Shown here: in pieces, positions 30,320 through 40,973 of the stretch
Position numbering within the stretch: the stretch's first letter is position 1
Layout: every line of letters begins with the position of its first letter
DNA from: a virus
Virus record (IMG/VR): IMGVR_UViG_3300023179_000016
Coordinates: 1 to 64,000 of that record
Length of the DNA: 64,000 nucleotides
Reading direction: 5' to 3' (one strand)
Translations under genes and position numbers: made by a program
Notes under the pieces: model-generated
Database searches by the model: none
Told to the model about the DNA's origin: nothing
What the model saw: the letters and a program-made list of their open reading frames with translations, nothing else

Positions 30320-30784
30320 TCAGTCGAATAGTTTTTCGTCTAACGCAGCGGGAAATATGCAATTTAACTTTTTTAAGTAATCAAGTTGTTCTTTTTCTTT
30401 TATTTTGTTTATTAGGTTGGTTCTAAATTTCTTAAATTTTCTATAGGACTTATTGAATATAGGAAACTTGTATGCCACATCGATAGCTGCATCCGCCATT
30501 ATCGCCTTGTGCGGACTATCTACGTCCCTGAAATAGATGTAGCAACTTAATTTTTTAGAAAAGAATGAATAACTCAATATGATGGTTCTAGGTGAATTAT
30601 TGGGATCTAAGTAGGTATCGCCGTTTATGTCTATCTTCAGGCGCCACACTATAGTGATATAGCTCTTAGTCGTATCCAGTATAGGCCACAGTGGATCTTC
30701 CAATAGCTCAAAGCATTCAGGTGAACTATTTAAACTCTCATTTAATTGTTTAATAGTTAGCTGAATTAACTCATCTTTTGTCAT
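30320..30784 (-). CDS. Hypothetical protein
   Basis: 154-aa ORF. Confidence 0.6.
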   Translation of the reverse strand: MTKDELIQLTIKQLNESLNSSPECFELLEDPLWPILDTTKSYITIVWRLKIDINGDTYLDPNNSPRTIILSYSFFSKKLSCYIYFRDVDSPHKAIMADAAIDVAYKFPIFNKSYRKFKKFRTNLINKIKEKEQLDYLKKLNCIFPAALDEKLFD

Positions 30785-30880
30785 TTTATAATACCAACAT
30801 AGTATATTTTACCCATTTCGCATCCTTAAGCGAGGGGCATACATACGGTTAGGTAGAATTAACTTGTATAGAGGTCCTCT

Positions 30881-31708
30881 ATGAAGATAGAATTAGATGA
30901 GCTTTTAGCATACGGCGTAGACATTAAAAATAGAAAGATATACTTCGGTTCTCCTCTGGACGGCATAGACAATGAGTCTATAGGTGATTTTACTCAGGCT
31001 TCCATAGAGTTGGCGGTCAGAGCCCTACATAAGCTGTCGGCAGATGCTCCTGGTAAACCAATAGAGATATATATGAATAGCTATGGTGGTTCGCCATACG
31101 ATATGTTGCGTCTTCACGACGAGATATTGGCAAGCCCATGTCAGATAAAGTTCATCGGTAGCGGTGTCATAATGTCTGCAGCCACATGGATAATGGTGGC
31201 ATGCGATGAGCGGTTGCTTCACCCCAATACTACAGTCATGGTGCACGACGGCACTGATGGTTTTGAAGGAAAACATACGGATGCTCAGATTCAAGCAGCG
31301 GAGATGAAGAGACTTCAAACGCTGCTATATCAAATATATGCTGTAAATTCTAGAATGCCTAAGGAGTTTTGGGAAGACGTGTGTCAAAGAGACCTGTATT
31401 TAACAGCAGATGAGGCCATAATGCTGGGATTGGCAGATAAGATAATAGAGCCAAGAAAGAGAGGCAACTTAAGAAAGGCGAGACAGTCCGCTTTAAAGAA
31501 AGTGCCCTCCAGCAAGGACATGAAGAACCTCATACACGGTATATACGCTAGGATAAATAAGTTAAAGGTTCCTAAAATAGAACTGAACGAGATTAAAAAA
31601 GAACCCGTTGATCCTAACTTAGTTCTTCAAGAAAATCAACCAGAGCAAAACAAAAATGCGCCGGCAGAGGTGTTAATCTCGCCGGCGCATCAATCTGTTA
31701 TCGCCTAA
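30881..31708 (+). CDS. clpP: ClpP-family protease
   Basis: YMNSYGGS, MSAA (Ser), VMVHD (His), RDLYLTADEA...GLAD (Asp). Confidence 0.85.
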   Translation: MKIELDELLAYGVDIKNRKIYFGSPLDGIDNESIGDFTQASIELAVRALHKLSADAPGKPIEIYMNSYGGSPYDMLRLHDEILASPCQIKFIGSGVIMSAATWIMVACDERLLHPNTTVMVHDGTDGFEGKHTDAQIQAAEMKRLQTLLYQIYAVNSRMPKEFWEDVCQRDLYLTADEAIMLGLADKIIEPRKRGNLRKARQSALKKVPSSKDMKNLIHGIYARINKLKVPKIELNEIKKEPVDPNLVLQENQPEQNKNAPAEVLISPAHQSVIA

Positions 31709-31709
31709 T

Positions 31710-31979
31710 TCAATTAGTGAAAGAACGGCTGGACTTCCTGGTCCTCAGTGCTCTCAGCAGTCGTTGGCGCGGCGTGCGGCCGAGCGATGAATTATTCAGC
31801 ACTCGCGAGACATTACCTCCGACATAAGAGGAGAGTGCGGCAATCTTTGCACTGCGCGCGCCTGCTCGAGGACTCAGAGCGCTGACGATAGAAGAAAAAT
31901 CGCTGACCTGACTAGAGGTGAGAGATTCAACTTCGGACATCAGAAGGCTGATAGTGTACTTATGAGTGACAAACGACAT
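31710..31979 (-). CDS. Small basic hypothetical protein
   Basis: SD AAGGAG before ATG 31979. Confidence 0.55.
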   Translation of the reverse strand: MSFVTHKYTISLLMSEVESLTSSQVSDFSSIVSALSPRAGARSAKIAALSSYVGGNVSRVLNNSSLGRTPRQRLLRALRTRKSSRSFTN

Positions 31980-32043
31980 AGTTTCTCCTTTGATTTGCGT
32001 GCTTATACCGCCATCGCGCGTGCACGCAGTCACGCGATGGTTT

Positions 32044-33033
32044 TTAGAAATGGAAACCCATCTTAGAACTCTTGTCGTCAAAATCTTTCGAAAAGAGTTC
32101 TTTATGTTTTATTAGTTCGTCTATGACTTGCTCATATGTCTTATCATGAAGTTCTGCTCTTACCGCAATTTCTTCTAGATGGGCTATGCTAAAGCTTTCT
32201 GTGCCCTTCTTGGATAGAGCAGATTTTTCTACTTCCGTCAAAGACCTTTTGCATATGAACTGCATTAATTCTATTTTTTCTTCGACAGACGGAGCCTGTA
32301 ATTTCATCATCAAATCGAATCGGCCGGGGCGATCAGCAAGAGAAGAAAGCAGGTTTTCTGGGTGATTTGTGGTTGCAATGATGAATGTAGGTAATTTAAA
32401 TACCTTACCTACTCCGTCTAATAAGTTCAATAGACCAGAATCGACTGCATTCGCGCCCCTGCTTGCCTGCCTTTCCCCGCCTCCTATATCTTCTATAACT
32501 AGAACCAGTTTTGTGCACTCTGATGCATATTTCGATCTCACACTAAAAAATTTTACGATCTGGTCTGCGTCGACATCAGATGTGGGCCAAACGGCCACTA
32601 CAGTGCCGGGATCTTGTTTTAGAAGATCTAAACATACTTTTTCTATCGCAGAGGTTTTTCCCATGCCGGGAGAAGAATACAATAGTACCCCTCTTTTTTT
32701 AGGTCTATTGAGACGCTCATATACATGAAGTTTTTTAAAGAATGTATGCGCCTCATTTATGATTTTATTGGTGTTTGTAGCAGAATCCAATAAGTTTCTT
32801 TCTTTAAAGAGAAGAGTCTTTAATTCTAGACCCGCTCTAGTTTCTAGAAACATGTAGGTTCCGGGTTTTATTTCGTAAAGATCTTCTTGTTCTATACTGT
32901 GAAACTCAAATTGATATATGTTTTGAGTATCTTGAAAGCATAGATCTGATTCTGGCAATTCAGAGCATGCGCCATTTGCCATCTCAGTAAATGAGGTCTT
33001 CTTTTTTAGAATAAATTTACCTTGTTTGCTCAT
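32044..33033 (-). CDS. AAA+ ATPase
   Basis: RGVLLYSSPGMGKT, LVIEDI, LLNLLDG, ATTNHPE, DRPGRFD. Confidence 0.85.
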   Translation of the reverse strand: MSKQGKFILKKKTSFTEMANGACSELPESDLCFQDTQNIYQFEFHSIEQEDLYEIKPGTYMFLETRAGLELKTLLFKERNLLDSATNTNKIINEAHTFFKKLHVYERLNRPKKRGVLLYSSPGMGKTSAIEKVCLDLLKQDPGTVVAVWPTSDVDADQIVKFFSVRSKYASECTKLVLVIEDIGGGERQASRGANAVDSGLLNLLDGVGKVFKLPTFIIATTNHPENLLSSLADRPGRFDLMMKLQAPSVEEKIELMQFICKRSLTEVEKSALSKKGTESFSIAHLEEIAVRAELHDKTYEQVIDELIKHKELFSKDFDDKSSKMGFHF

Positions 33034-33050
33034 TAAATTCTCGTTAAGAT

Positions 33051-33299
33051 TTAAAATGTCTTGCCAATTGCTGGACCATTATAGTCTACGTTGACTCCGC
33101 AAAATGAGACATTGTATATTTTTTTGTCGATACCGTATTCTACTTCTTCAAGTTCATCGATACCCCACGCAATTGTGGAATTACTAGAAAATTTCATCAG
33201 CCTATTTGACACACGGCCATTATCGTGTATGAACTTGTTGTTAGAAAATATCCCACTGTCTGGATCAGAAAGGCGCCATTTAATTTTAAAGTTTGACAT
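33051..33299 (-). CDS. Hypothetical protein
   Basis: Operon ORF. Confidence 0.5.
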   Translation of the reverse strand: MSNFKIKWRLSDPDSGIFSNNKFIHDNGRVSNRLMKFSSNSTIAWGIDELEEVEYGIDKKIYNVSFCGVNVDYNGPAIGKTF

Positions 33300-33421
33300 T
33301 ATTCTGTGTTATCTTCTCTTATCTTTTTAAGATACCAGCACTTTATGCACACTAAATGCAGTGCATAATCTTTATTGGCTAACCAAACTTTATGCCAGGA
33401 GTGTTCACATTGATCAGTCAT

Positions 33422-33802
33422 TTATTTAACCAACGATACTGCGAGATCTACTAGATAATCTGGCAAAATATTAAGATCTATACCCTTGGGAAGAGGTTGG
33501 GACGCTGAACGGGGTACGTGTTTAGATGTTAAAGCTTTTTTTCTCATGCCGCCATTTAGCGAACTTGCTCTTTTTAGATGATTCATCACCATACTCTTCA
33601 CATAGATGCGAACATTGCGTTTTATAGTAGTAGGTTTACTGTAAGTAACATGTCCAGCACATATGCTGTCTGTAATCGAATCGCATATCCTATCGATGTC
33701 AAAAGTAGACAACAGTGACAATGCCACGTCTTTTCCAAAGACAAAACTGTTGCCCAAAGTTTTGGCAACTTCATCTACGACCGCTTGCTTTTGACTCTTC
33801 AT
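33422..33802 (-). CDS. Divergent member of the QKEAV/NWLRKDxRLNGG paralogue family
   Basis: SQKQAV...YVKSMVMNHLKRASSLNGG...IDLNILPDYL. Confidence 0.6.
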   Translation of the reverse strand: MKSQKQAVVDEVAKTLGNSFVFGKDVALSLLSTFDIDRICDSITDSICAGHVTYSKPTTIKRNVRIYVKSMVMNHLKRASSLNGGMRKKALTSKHVPRSASQPLPKGIDLNILPDYLVDLAVSLVK

Positions 33803-34105
33803 TTATTCACCAAAGGAAAATTGTTTTTGATTTTTATCTGTAACGATCAATAGTGTCAGTATTTCAACTGGCAAAATGTTCCATTTATATTCCAATAATT
33901 GGATTTTACCAATTGTATTTAATTTTTTGAGCAATGATTGTATTTCTTTAGGTCTATCAGAAGAATTCTTAATGGTCTTAATGGCGACCACATCTATCAG
34001 TCCCTCTTCTTTCAAGAAGAAGAGAACGTCTTCAAGTTGACCAGTCAAGTCATTTAATCGTTTAAGAGCTTCTATTTCAGATCTAATACTCACGGTGAGT
34101 TCCAC
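33803..34105 (-). CDS. Hypothetical protein
   Basis: Operon ORF. Confidence 0.5.
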   Translation of the reverse strand: MELTVSIRSEIEALKRLNDLTGQLEDVLFFLKEEGLIDVVAIKTIKNSSDRPKEIQSLLKKLNTIGKIQLLEYKWNILPVEILTLLIVTDKNQKQFSFGE

Positions 34106-34108
34106 ATA

Positions 34109-35041
34109 TTATGTCGACATGTCGATAGGATCTCTGAAACCTTGAAAAGAGGGTATTCTAGGTAAATCTTTTACCCCAACCTCTTGGTATCTGTATCGAA
34201 CTATCTTTCCCAAATACTCTTCTTTATTGTCCCAAATCCTTTTTCTGAGAGAATCATCTAGGCCTTTACCCGTGCCTATTCCGAACTCTCTACCGTCGTG
34301 AACATCTTTCACGAACATGGTGCCTAATGTATTGACACCCACCATACCCGCTTTCGCAGTGGATCGCTTGGTATGACCCAATTCATCCAGCGATGCTTCA
34401 TTGGTGTTATGCAGTCTTTCTTCTAGTTTAACTATGATTGCTTCTGAATCTACGAATCTTTTTATCTTGACTAGATATTGTTCTTTGAACGATGACCGAC
34501 CGCATTTATAGGGTCCAGTTAATTTTCTGGTCATTATGCCCTCATGACCTTGTCTTATCGCCTGTTCCTCGTATTCCAATAATTCTGCCTCGTTGTTGAC
34601 GATTGTGGGTAACACCAGGACGCAGAACTCCGGTTTATCATTTGCCCAGGCAACCAAGTCTTTGACTCTATCTATGTAAGGCTTATCTATGGAGTCTTTT
34701 ACGAAATCAAAGATTTGATATATAAAGTTAGGTTCGCCATCTTCTGACATCACCTCGCTTTGGATGTCAGAAAACTCCTTCAAAGAACCGTCTCGATTTA
34801 TAGTCATCAATTCGCCGTCGAGACCGTCCGGCAATACAGACATTTTGGCTTGAATATACCTATTAGGTATGTCCTTGAATGATCTAGACAGCGACTTAGA
34901 ATTAAGTCTTAAACACCTGATGCCATCTAGTTTAATAGATGCCGCTAATGGGTATTTTAAATCAACAAATGACATCTGCTGACCACGACTATTTTCCATA
35001 GAGGCGGCCAACATGGGTTTCTTAATCATAATTCTCTCCAT
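34109..35041 (-). CDS. ATP-dependent DNA ligase
   Basis: KLDGIR, LDGEL, IFD, EGIMTR, LVKIKRF, PRIPSF motifs. Confidence 0.9.
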   Translation of the reverse strand: MERIMIKKPMLAASMENSRGQQMSFVDLKYPLAASIKLDGIRCLRLNSKSLSRSFKDIPNRYIQAKMSVLPDGLDGELMTINRDGSLKEFSDIQSEVMSEDGEPNFIYQIFDFVKDSIDKPYIDRVKDLVAWANDKPEFCVLVLPTIVNNEAELLEYEEQAIRQGHEGIMTRKLTGPYKCGRSSFKEQYLVKIKRFVDSEAIIVKLEERLHNTNEASLDELGHTKRSTAKAGMVGVNTLGTMFVKDVHDGREFGIGTGKGLDDSLRKRIWDNKEEYLGKIVRYRYQEVGVKDLPRIPSFQGFRDPIDMST

Positions 35042-35063
35042 CCGAAAATGGATAAATTCGGAT

Positions 35064-35984
35064 TTAGTACTTTTTCAAGAAATCTTGCATATCTTCTTGA
35101 GATACGAGCATTGACCAGCCAAATGAATCGCCGGCAAATAGAACACCGATTACTTGACCCCATCCATTTACCACAGCAGACCCGCTACTTCCAGGTTGCG
35201 CGAGAATTGTTGTAAAATATGCGTTTTTAGTAACATTCATGCACACCTTAACTACATATTCTAGACCTAAAAAATCCCTTTTTTGAACTAGGACTTTGTT
35301 TTTAGGCTTATCGCATTCGCTCTCAAGCATTCCACCCAGTTCTTGGGGAATTAATTCTTCTGGCGCGCTACCCATCTTAATGGAGATGTATCCTTCTGGA
35401 ATCTCTATGTCTTTAGACATGATGAGAGTACCTTTTGTCATCGTCGTCAAATATCCGGCAGGATGCCCAACCGCTGCCAGCGAGTCTCCCTTGTCTGGAG
35501 GCGAAGTACTGACCGTTAGACCTTCTACTCCTGGCATGCCCTCTAGTAGGCAAAGATCAGTTTTTTCAGATCTATGTAATATGGATCTAGGTATAAACTC
35601 GCCATTGTCATCCATCACAGATAAGTGGGCTCCGTCTGTTGACGCATCGCATACATGATCGTTTGTTAGCAAATATGATTTGCCACTCGGCGCCTTCACC
35701 ATGAATCCTGTGCCGCTACCGATTCCAGGTTCAAACATTATATAACTCTTTGATCCTACTTTATTTCTTAGCCAAGCGTCCCTAAGTTCCGGGGCTTTTA
35801 CAGCAATAGCTGCAATGGCTGCCGCAATAGCTGCAGCTAAAGTTGTTGCAGCAATAGCGTCTTTATGCTTCAGTACTGCCTTTTTAGCATTGGCAATTGC
35901 AGGTTTTAATTTTTTGTTGAGTTTAGTTTTAACTTTAGATTTTTTCATTTTGACTCCAATATTTGGATATTCTACCTCACTCAA
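35064..35984 (-). CDS. Membrane-anchored trypsin-like (S1) serine protease
   Basis: GTGF, LTNDHV, DLCLL, PGSSGS triad. Confidence 0.85.
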   Translation of the reverse strand: MSEVEYPNIGVKMKKSKVKTKLNKKLKPAIANAKKAVLKHKDAIAATTLAAAIAAAIAAIAVKAPELRDAWLRNKVGSKSYIMFEPGIGSGTGFMVKAPSGKSYLLTNDHVCDASTDGAHLSVMDDNGEFIPRSILHRSEKTDLCLLEGMPGVEGLTVSTSPPDKGDSLAAVGHPAGYLTTMTKGTLIMSKDIEIPEGYISIKMGSAPEELIPQELGGMLESECDKPKNKVLVQKRDFLGLEYVVKVCMNVTKNAYFTTILAQPGSSGSAVVNGWGQVIGVLFAGDSFGWSMLVSQEDMQDFLKKY

Positions 35985-36781
35985 CGAGAGTCTAACATAG
36001 ACTTCACGAGTTTTCCTGTTTTTACAGCAGTGGCCTGCGATGTACCAGTGCTCGACTCAGAAATCTTCTCTATGCCGTAAGAAATTCTAGATACGCCGTG
36101 TTCCCAACTATTGACATAATTACCATAGTTAGAGCTATAATAGCGATTATTGTTAACATCTAGGTTACCTACTACAATTAGGCGCTCATCGTACATCGCT
36201 GGGTAAAAACTGCAACCTGTAATAGTTGTTTTGTTATTGACTTTTTTATGTGTCGCGGATCCAAGTTCGCAACCATAGTTGCCAGCAGCAACTACAACTT
36301 TTATGCCCGTATCAAGAGCGCGCTTGATATACTTTTTTTCTTCATCGTTTGAGGATCCACCGCCAGCAGATATGTTTATGATGTCCACTTTGATGTTGAT
36401 CGCCCACCTGAGCGCATTCACCATGCTTCTGACAGTAGAACTAGATGTTGCTGTGCGGGGATCATAGAATTTGAGTATGACCTGACAATAATTGATCTTT
36501 TTATCTTTGAGGGACAAGAGCTCATCGTCGCTGCGGGCGACAGAATTTTTTGCATACTGATCTATGAGGCCACTAATGTGAGAACCATGACCAGAAGTAT
36601 CTATCAGAGATGTTTTTGTGAAATCTCGATGACCATGCTTACACATGGAAATAGAATTCTTAGCTAGATTGCCAATGCCGCTATCTATTACTGCCACTAT
36701 GATAGGCTTATCGGCATTAGCAGAAGAGGCAGAGATGAAACCGCAGACGATAAAAAAAGATATTTTATTTAGAATCTTCAT
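35981..36781 (-). CDS. Secreted subtilisin-like (S8) protease
   Basis: Signal peptide, VAVIDSG, HGSH, AAGN, GTSQA. Confidence 0.85.
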   Translation of the reverse strand: MKILNKISFFIVCGFISASSANADKPIIVAVIDSGIGNLAKNSISMCKHGHRDFTKTSLIDTSGHGSHISGLIDQYAKNSVARSDDELLSLKDKKINYCQVILKFYDPRTATSSSTVRSMVNALRWAINIKVDIINISAGGGSSNDEEKKYIKRALDTGIKVVVAAGNYGCELGSATHKKVNNKTTITGCSFYPAMYDERLIVVGNLDVNNNRYYSSNYGNYVNSWEHGVSRISYGIEKISESSTGTSQATAVKTGKLVKSMLDSR

Positions 36782-37046
36782 TGTTGACAGATACCATTAA
36801 ACGTTCTAAACACTTGTAGATATCGGATCGGTATTTGTCGTCAGTAAAATGAGAGCAATCTTTAATATGTTTCTTTATGTCCTGTTGGGATAAGCCCATG
36901 TCGATTAGCTTTTGATATACGGATAGCGCTTCTATCAGAAGACTAAAATTAAATGGTTTATTTTCTGATTTGTCGACAGAAGATTTATTCTGCCGTTCAA
37001 ACCGTTTATTTTTTGCTCTTATTCTGTCGTCTTCGTAGAATCCCAT
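36765..37046 (-). CDS. Hypothetical protein
   Basis: Coupled ORF. Confidence 0.5.
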   Translation of the reverse strand: MGFYEDDRIRAKNKRFERQNKSSVDKSENKPFNFSLLIEALSVYQKLIDMGLSQQDIKKHIKDCSHFTDDKYRSDIYKCLERLMVSVNNEDSK

Positions 37047-37423
37047 ATCTTTTCACCAAATAGTTCTTGTGTCTCTTCAAGAGAGTATACCGGATAATCT
37101 ATATCTAAGTTTTTAGACTTAGGCTGTTTTGCAGGCCTATTGCTTTCCAACAACAGCAATGCGCATTCTTCCGGGGTGAAACTGGCGTAACTGGCTTCTT
37201 TGGAGGAGAAGATTTTTGAGCTCACCTTGAATTCGATCTCTGGATCGAACTTTTCCGGTACACTCTTTTGTAATTCCATCTGCTCTCTTTGTCGATCGCT
37301 GATCGACTGTGACTGAATCACGGACAGCATCACGCGCTCTACCTCTTTATATGTGCAACCTAAAATTTGGTTGCAGATAGATTGCTTTGCATCTTTACTA
37401 TGAAGTATCTCGTTGGCTCTCAT
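37019..37423 (-). CDS. Hypothetical protein
   Basis: Coupled ORF. Confidence 0.5.
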   Translation of the reverse strand: MRANEILHSKDAKQSICNQILGCTYKEVERVMLSVIQSQSISDRQREQMELQKSVPEKFDPEIEFKVSSKIFSSKEASYASFTPEECALLLLESNRPAKQPKSKNLDIDYPVYSLEETQELFGEKIWDSTKTTE

Positions 37424-37567
37424 AAGTCTATCTTCTTTATTTAATAGACTTAATCCACTAATGTCTTTGATCTTCTGTTTGAGTCGCTTTGACAGAAATT
37501 AACTCCTACACCTAGATTATATCACTCGACTATATAAAGTCGAACGACATCTACGTTAGATTATAAG

Positions 37568-37885
37568 TTATTGTTCTGTCAGAGATTTTTCTAGATCTTG
37601 ATCAAATGTCATGCTGTAGGCAACAGCGGCGCACTCCTCGACTATCTTAACAAAGTACTCGTCTTTAAAGGCCGGATGGTCTGAAGTGGAAATGGCTTTG
37701 CACACTTCATATTTAACCCGCTCTTGGTTTGGAAAAGATGGCTCATCGGTGAACGATTCAACTGCCTTAAGCAGTTCTTCCGGGACAGGTATATTAAAGT
37801 GGCGCCAGAAATCTAGCGCGCTCTGACAATCTCTTGCCGAGATGACCACTTTACCTTCATTTGCAGCAGTAGTTTCTTTGCTCAT
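37568..37885 (-). CDS. Hypothetical protein
   Basis: ATGA-coupled to the ClpP gene. Confidence 0.6.
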   Translation of the reverse strand: MSKETTAANEGKVVISARDCQSALDFWRHFNIPVPEELLKAVESFTDEPSFPNQERVKYEVCKAISTSDHPAFKDEYFVKIVEECAAVAYSMTFDQDLEKSLTEQ

Positions 37886-38553
37886 TTTTCCACCCGTTGT
37901 TTTTTAATATCGGATTTTTGTTTCTTAGTCTTCTTTATTTTAGGACTTAGAGTGGTTTTATTGTGCTTATCTATCATTGGTTTTTCGGGTGTCTGAACTA
38001 TTTCATACATAAGATTGGATACTATCTTAGGCGTCCCTATTGCGTCTATGATACCAAATTTTAAAGCTGAGGGGGCATCCATATATCTATCCCTGCCATC
38101 TTGCTTTTTTATAAGCTCTCTAATCTCTTCATAATCTTTGAATCCGCAGTTCTTAGCTAGGAGGCCTAAAAAGTGCTCGTTTAATCTTTTGGTCTCAGTG
38201 ATGTCTGCATGCATATCGTGGACATCGCCTGCGGTCCCAGAGCTTGTCTCGTGCACCATAACCCTACTGTGCTTACCGCAGAACCTAATGTCTCCGTGGC
38301 TCAATAAGATGGCTCCGCAAGACATAGCCTTACCCATGCAGGTTGTAACTACCGTATTTGGTATTTCATCTATCGTCTCTATCATTTTAGCCAGGGCATC
38401 AACGGAGCCGCCATAGGAATCGATGTATACCATTATTGGTCTTCTTGGGTCCATTCTAGATTGATTTAAGATGGCATCTCTAAACTTTTGAGCAGATTCC
38501 TCGTCAAACTTAGTCACCCAAATCTCATGAGATCTCACGAAGTCATCTTCCAT
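37882..38553 (-). CDS. clpP: Second ClpP-family protease
   Basis: YIDSYGGSV, GKAMSCG, VMVHE, DRYMDA..ALKFGIID. Confidence 0.85.
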   Translation of the reverse strand: MEDDFVRSHEIWVTKFDEESAQKFRDAILNQSRMDPRRPIMVYIDSYGGSVDALAKMIETIDEIPNTVVTTCMGKAMSCGAILLSHGDIRFCGKHSRVMVHETSSGTAGDVHDMHADITETKRLNEHFLGLLAKNCGFKDYEEIRELIKKQDGRDRYMDAPSALKFGIIDAIGTPKIVSNLMYEIVQTPEKPMIDKHNKTTLSPKIKKTKKQKSDIKKQRVEK

Positions 38554-38648
38554 TTTGCACCACCTTTTATATATTGTACTAATTTCGTTTTTTAAATGGT
38601 AAATATGGTAAAATTAACTTATAATAACTAATCAACTGAAGCACTTAT

Positions 38649-39287
38649 ATGGGTCAACTAATTAAAAACGTGAACGAATCTTATGGCTCCGCAGCAAACA
38701 ACGGTGCGTCTGCGCAACCGATGGCTATGTCTGAAGATCATGTTTGTACCTCAAAGTGCGAAAAGACTGTAGTTAAGTCAAATGGTCAGTGGCAATTAGA
38801 GAAAAGATGCTGGGAAGGATATAAGCCAGTTCCTGGCAAGAAAGCGTATAGCAAGGGATCTTGCGAACCGATTAAAAAAGAAGAAGTTGCGCCTAAAAAT
38901 TCCAACAATAGAGAGACATACTTAGAGGCTTTTGGAAAATCAGATATAGAGATGTCTATGTATGACAACGAAGACATAGATATGTTATTTGGGTCTGATG
39001 TATCTAAAGAAACAGAAGATGCTCTAATAAAGGCCATATTAGCCAAAGGTTGGACACCTAAAAAAGAACATAAGTCAGAAAAAGGCGGCTTAACAGAAGC
39101 TGGTAGAAAGTCATACAATAAGGCGACTGGCGGCAATCTAAAAGCGCCACAGCCAGAAGGTGGACCTCGTAAAAGAAGTTTTTGTGCGCGCAACAAGGGA
39201 CAAATAGAGATGCACAACATAGATTGCAAAAAAGACCCAGAAAAAAGGGCTTGTAAAGCAAGACGTAGATGGAAATGTAGCAACTAA
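38649..39287 (+). CDS. Probable virion-internal protein (DUF6321-like C-terminus, NGQW motif)
   Basis: CWEGYK...GSC and GGLT.AGRK.YN..TG.NLKAPQ...RKRSFCAR...RWKC; TGGTAAAAT promoter. Confidence 0.6.
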   Translation: MGQLIKNVNESYGSAANNGASAQPMAMSEDHVCTSKCEKTVVKSNGQWQLEKRCWEGYKPVPGKKAYSKGSCEPIKKEEVAPKNSNNRETYLEAFGKSDIEMSMYDNEDIDMLFGSDVSKETEDALIKAILAKGWTPKKEHKSEKGGLTEAGRKSYNKATGGNLKAPQPEGGPRKRSFCARNKGQIEMHNIDCKKDPEKRACKARRRWKCSN

Positions 39288-39302
39288 AAAGGGTATGAAA
39301 AT

Positions 39303-40145
39303 ATGTCTAACCGTCTAGATTGGTCTGAATGGATTTTACAAAAGAATAATGAATATAAAAAAGAACTAAACAAGATGGAGCCCAGCGTTGTTCCAGCGAT
39401 GCCTCCTGGCGATGGTTCGCAGAGAAGACCTAAGAAACCACCTATTGTTCAACCAGATCATAAAGAGCCCGTCAAGCCGAATAAGAAGGATGAAGTTGGC
39501 AAGCCAATCTTACCTAAACCAAAGAAGAATGTCACTAGCGTGGTAAAAAGTTTACCAGATTGGTCTGAATGGGTCTTAAATAAGAACCAGCAAGCTACAG
39601 AAGAATTAAATAAAGGGGTTGCCGTTGCAGTCCCACCCTCTTCAGATGATGATTCTAAATCTAAACCTAAAAAAGGTGAGTCTGTGTTTAACATAGGCCA
39701 CGTTAATGAAGTTGCCGCAATGAAAGATCACAGTGAAACTAAAAAACTAGCGCATTCACTGGTAGATAATTCTAATGCAAAACCAGAAAATAAAAAGAAA
39801 ATAAAGCTAATGATCGACAAATCTAAATCTTCTGCTCATTTAGCTCAAGGTATGGCTAATCATATACTCGCTCATCCAGGCGAGGGATTGAGGGTAATCA
39901 AGAATGAAGATGAAGATTCACAAGAATTGTCTTTAAATAAGGCCAAAGATATGGCCGGCGACGATGTAGATTCTAGCATGTTAATGTCCGAACTTGAATC
40001 AATGGATCATCACATAGAGGAAATAAGAGATCACTTAAAAGAATCTGAAGTTGCGCCTGACTGGGTTAAAGCTAAAGTTTCTAGAGCTGCATCTTCTATT
40101 TCTGATATAGCACATTATGTGATGGGTATCAAACAGCATAAATAA
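39303..40145 (+). CDS. Probable virion-internal protein (two DWSEW motifs)
   Basis: DWSEW(I/V)L.KN...ELNK twice; PDWVKAKV...I..Y C-terminal module. Confidence 0.55.
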   Translation: MSNRLDWSEWILQKNNEYKKELNKMEPSVVPAMPPGDGSQRRPKKPPIVQPDHKEPVKPNKKDEVGKPILPKPKKNVTSVVKSLPDWSEWVLNKNQQATEELNKGVAVAVPPSSDDDSKSKPKKGESVFNIGHVNEVAAMKDHSETKKLAHSLVDNSNAKPENKKKIKLMIDKSKSSAHLAQGMANHILAHPGEGLRVIKNEDEDSQELSLNKAKDMAGDDVDSSMLMSELESMDHHIEEIRDHLKESEVAPDWVKAKVSRAASSISDIAHYVMGIKQHK

Positions 40146-40826
40146 TCACCACTCTACGGCTCTTGCTATTAGTGGTAATTCTGCCTTGAATATCTCTTTA
40201 CATTTTTCTGCTATGTCCATATGCTCTTTCTGAGTACCGTTGGCAGATCTTAATTCTATATAATGGATCCAGCTTCTAATAGAACCGCTCATATATAGTG
40301 TCGTTGCGGTTCCTAACGGAAGAATAAACCTGGCGCACTCCTTTGCAATACCGTTATTGAGTGCCCAAGTGTAATGCTCAAAAGAATTTTTCCAATTTTG
40401 TAATTGTCTATTTTCCCACTCGTTTTTTATGTGCTGAGGCACGTCATCGATTGAGTTTTGTCTATTCTTGTTGTCTTGTCTTCTGGCCGCTGTAAGTACT
40501 AAACCAGATTCATCTACAGAGGAATATCTCTGGCTAAATTCTTGAAATGTAAAAGATCTATGGCGCAATATTTGAGGCGCAATTGCCCTAGAAGTTTTTA
40601 TCTGTAGAGTCATACTGGCCATCTCAAATGGACTCCAGTGCTTATGCTTTATCAGATAATTGATTAGTTTTTCTGAATTACTAAAATTTAATTGATTATT
40701 CGGATTGCTTACCCTAGCGCAATACGAAATTATTTCCTCTGCGTTGGGAGTGCACGACACCAACTCCACGTCTTTATCGCTGTAAAAAATATTTTCTAAG
40801 TTATTTTTATTTTGCTCTATGCTCAT
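40146..40826 (-). CDS. thyX: FAD-dependent thymidylate synthase
   Basis: HWSPFE, QILRHRSFTFQEFSQRY, KECAR..LP, TQKEH. Confidence 0.93.
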   Translation of the reverse strand: MSIEQNKNNLENIFYSDKDVELVSCTPNAEEIISYCARVSNPNNQLNFSNSEKLINYLIKHKHWSPFEMASMTLQIKTSRAIAPQILRHRSFTFQEFSQRYSSVDESGLVLTAARRQDNKNRQNSIDDVPQHIKNEWENRQLQNWKNSFEHYTWALNNGIAKECARFILPLGTATTLYMSGSIRSWIHYIELRSANGTQKEHMDIAEKCKEIFKAELPLIARAVEW

Positions 40827-40973
40827 ATTTGACCCTCATGTTCTGGTAATATATTTCTACCACGTATGATTTACATTTTCGATCGCGTAAATTTTAAACT
40901 CTCATACATATACACATCAACAGCTTCATTGCTGCAAGAACAACAACAAAAATAAATTAAAAGGGAGTCGACC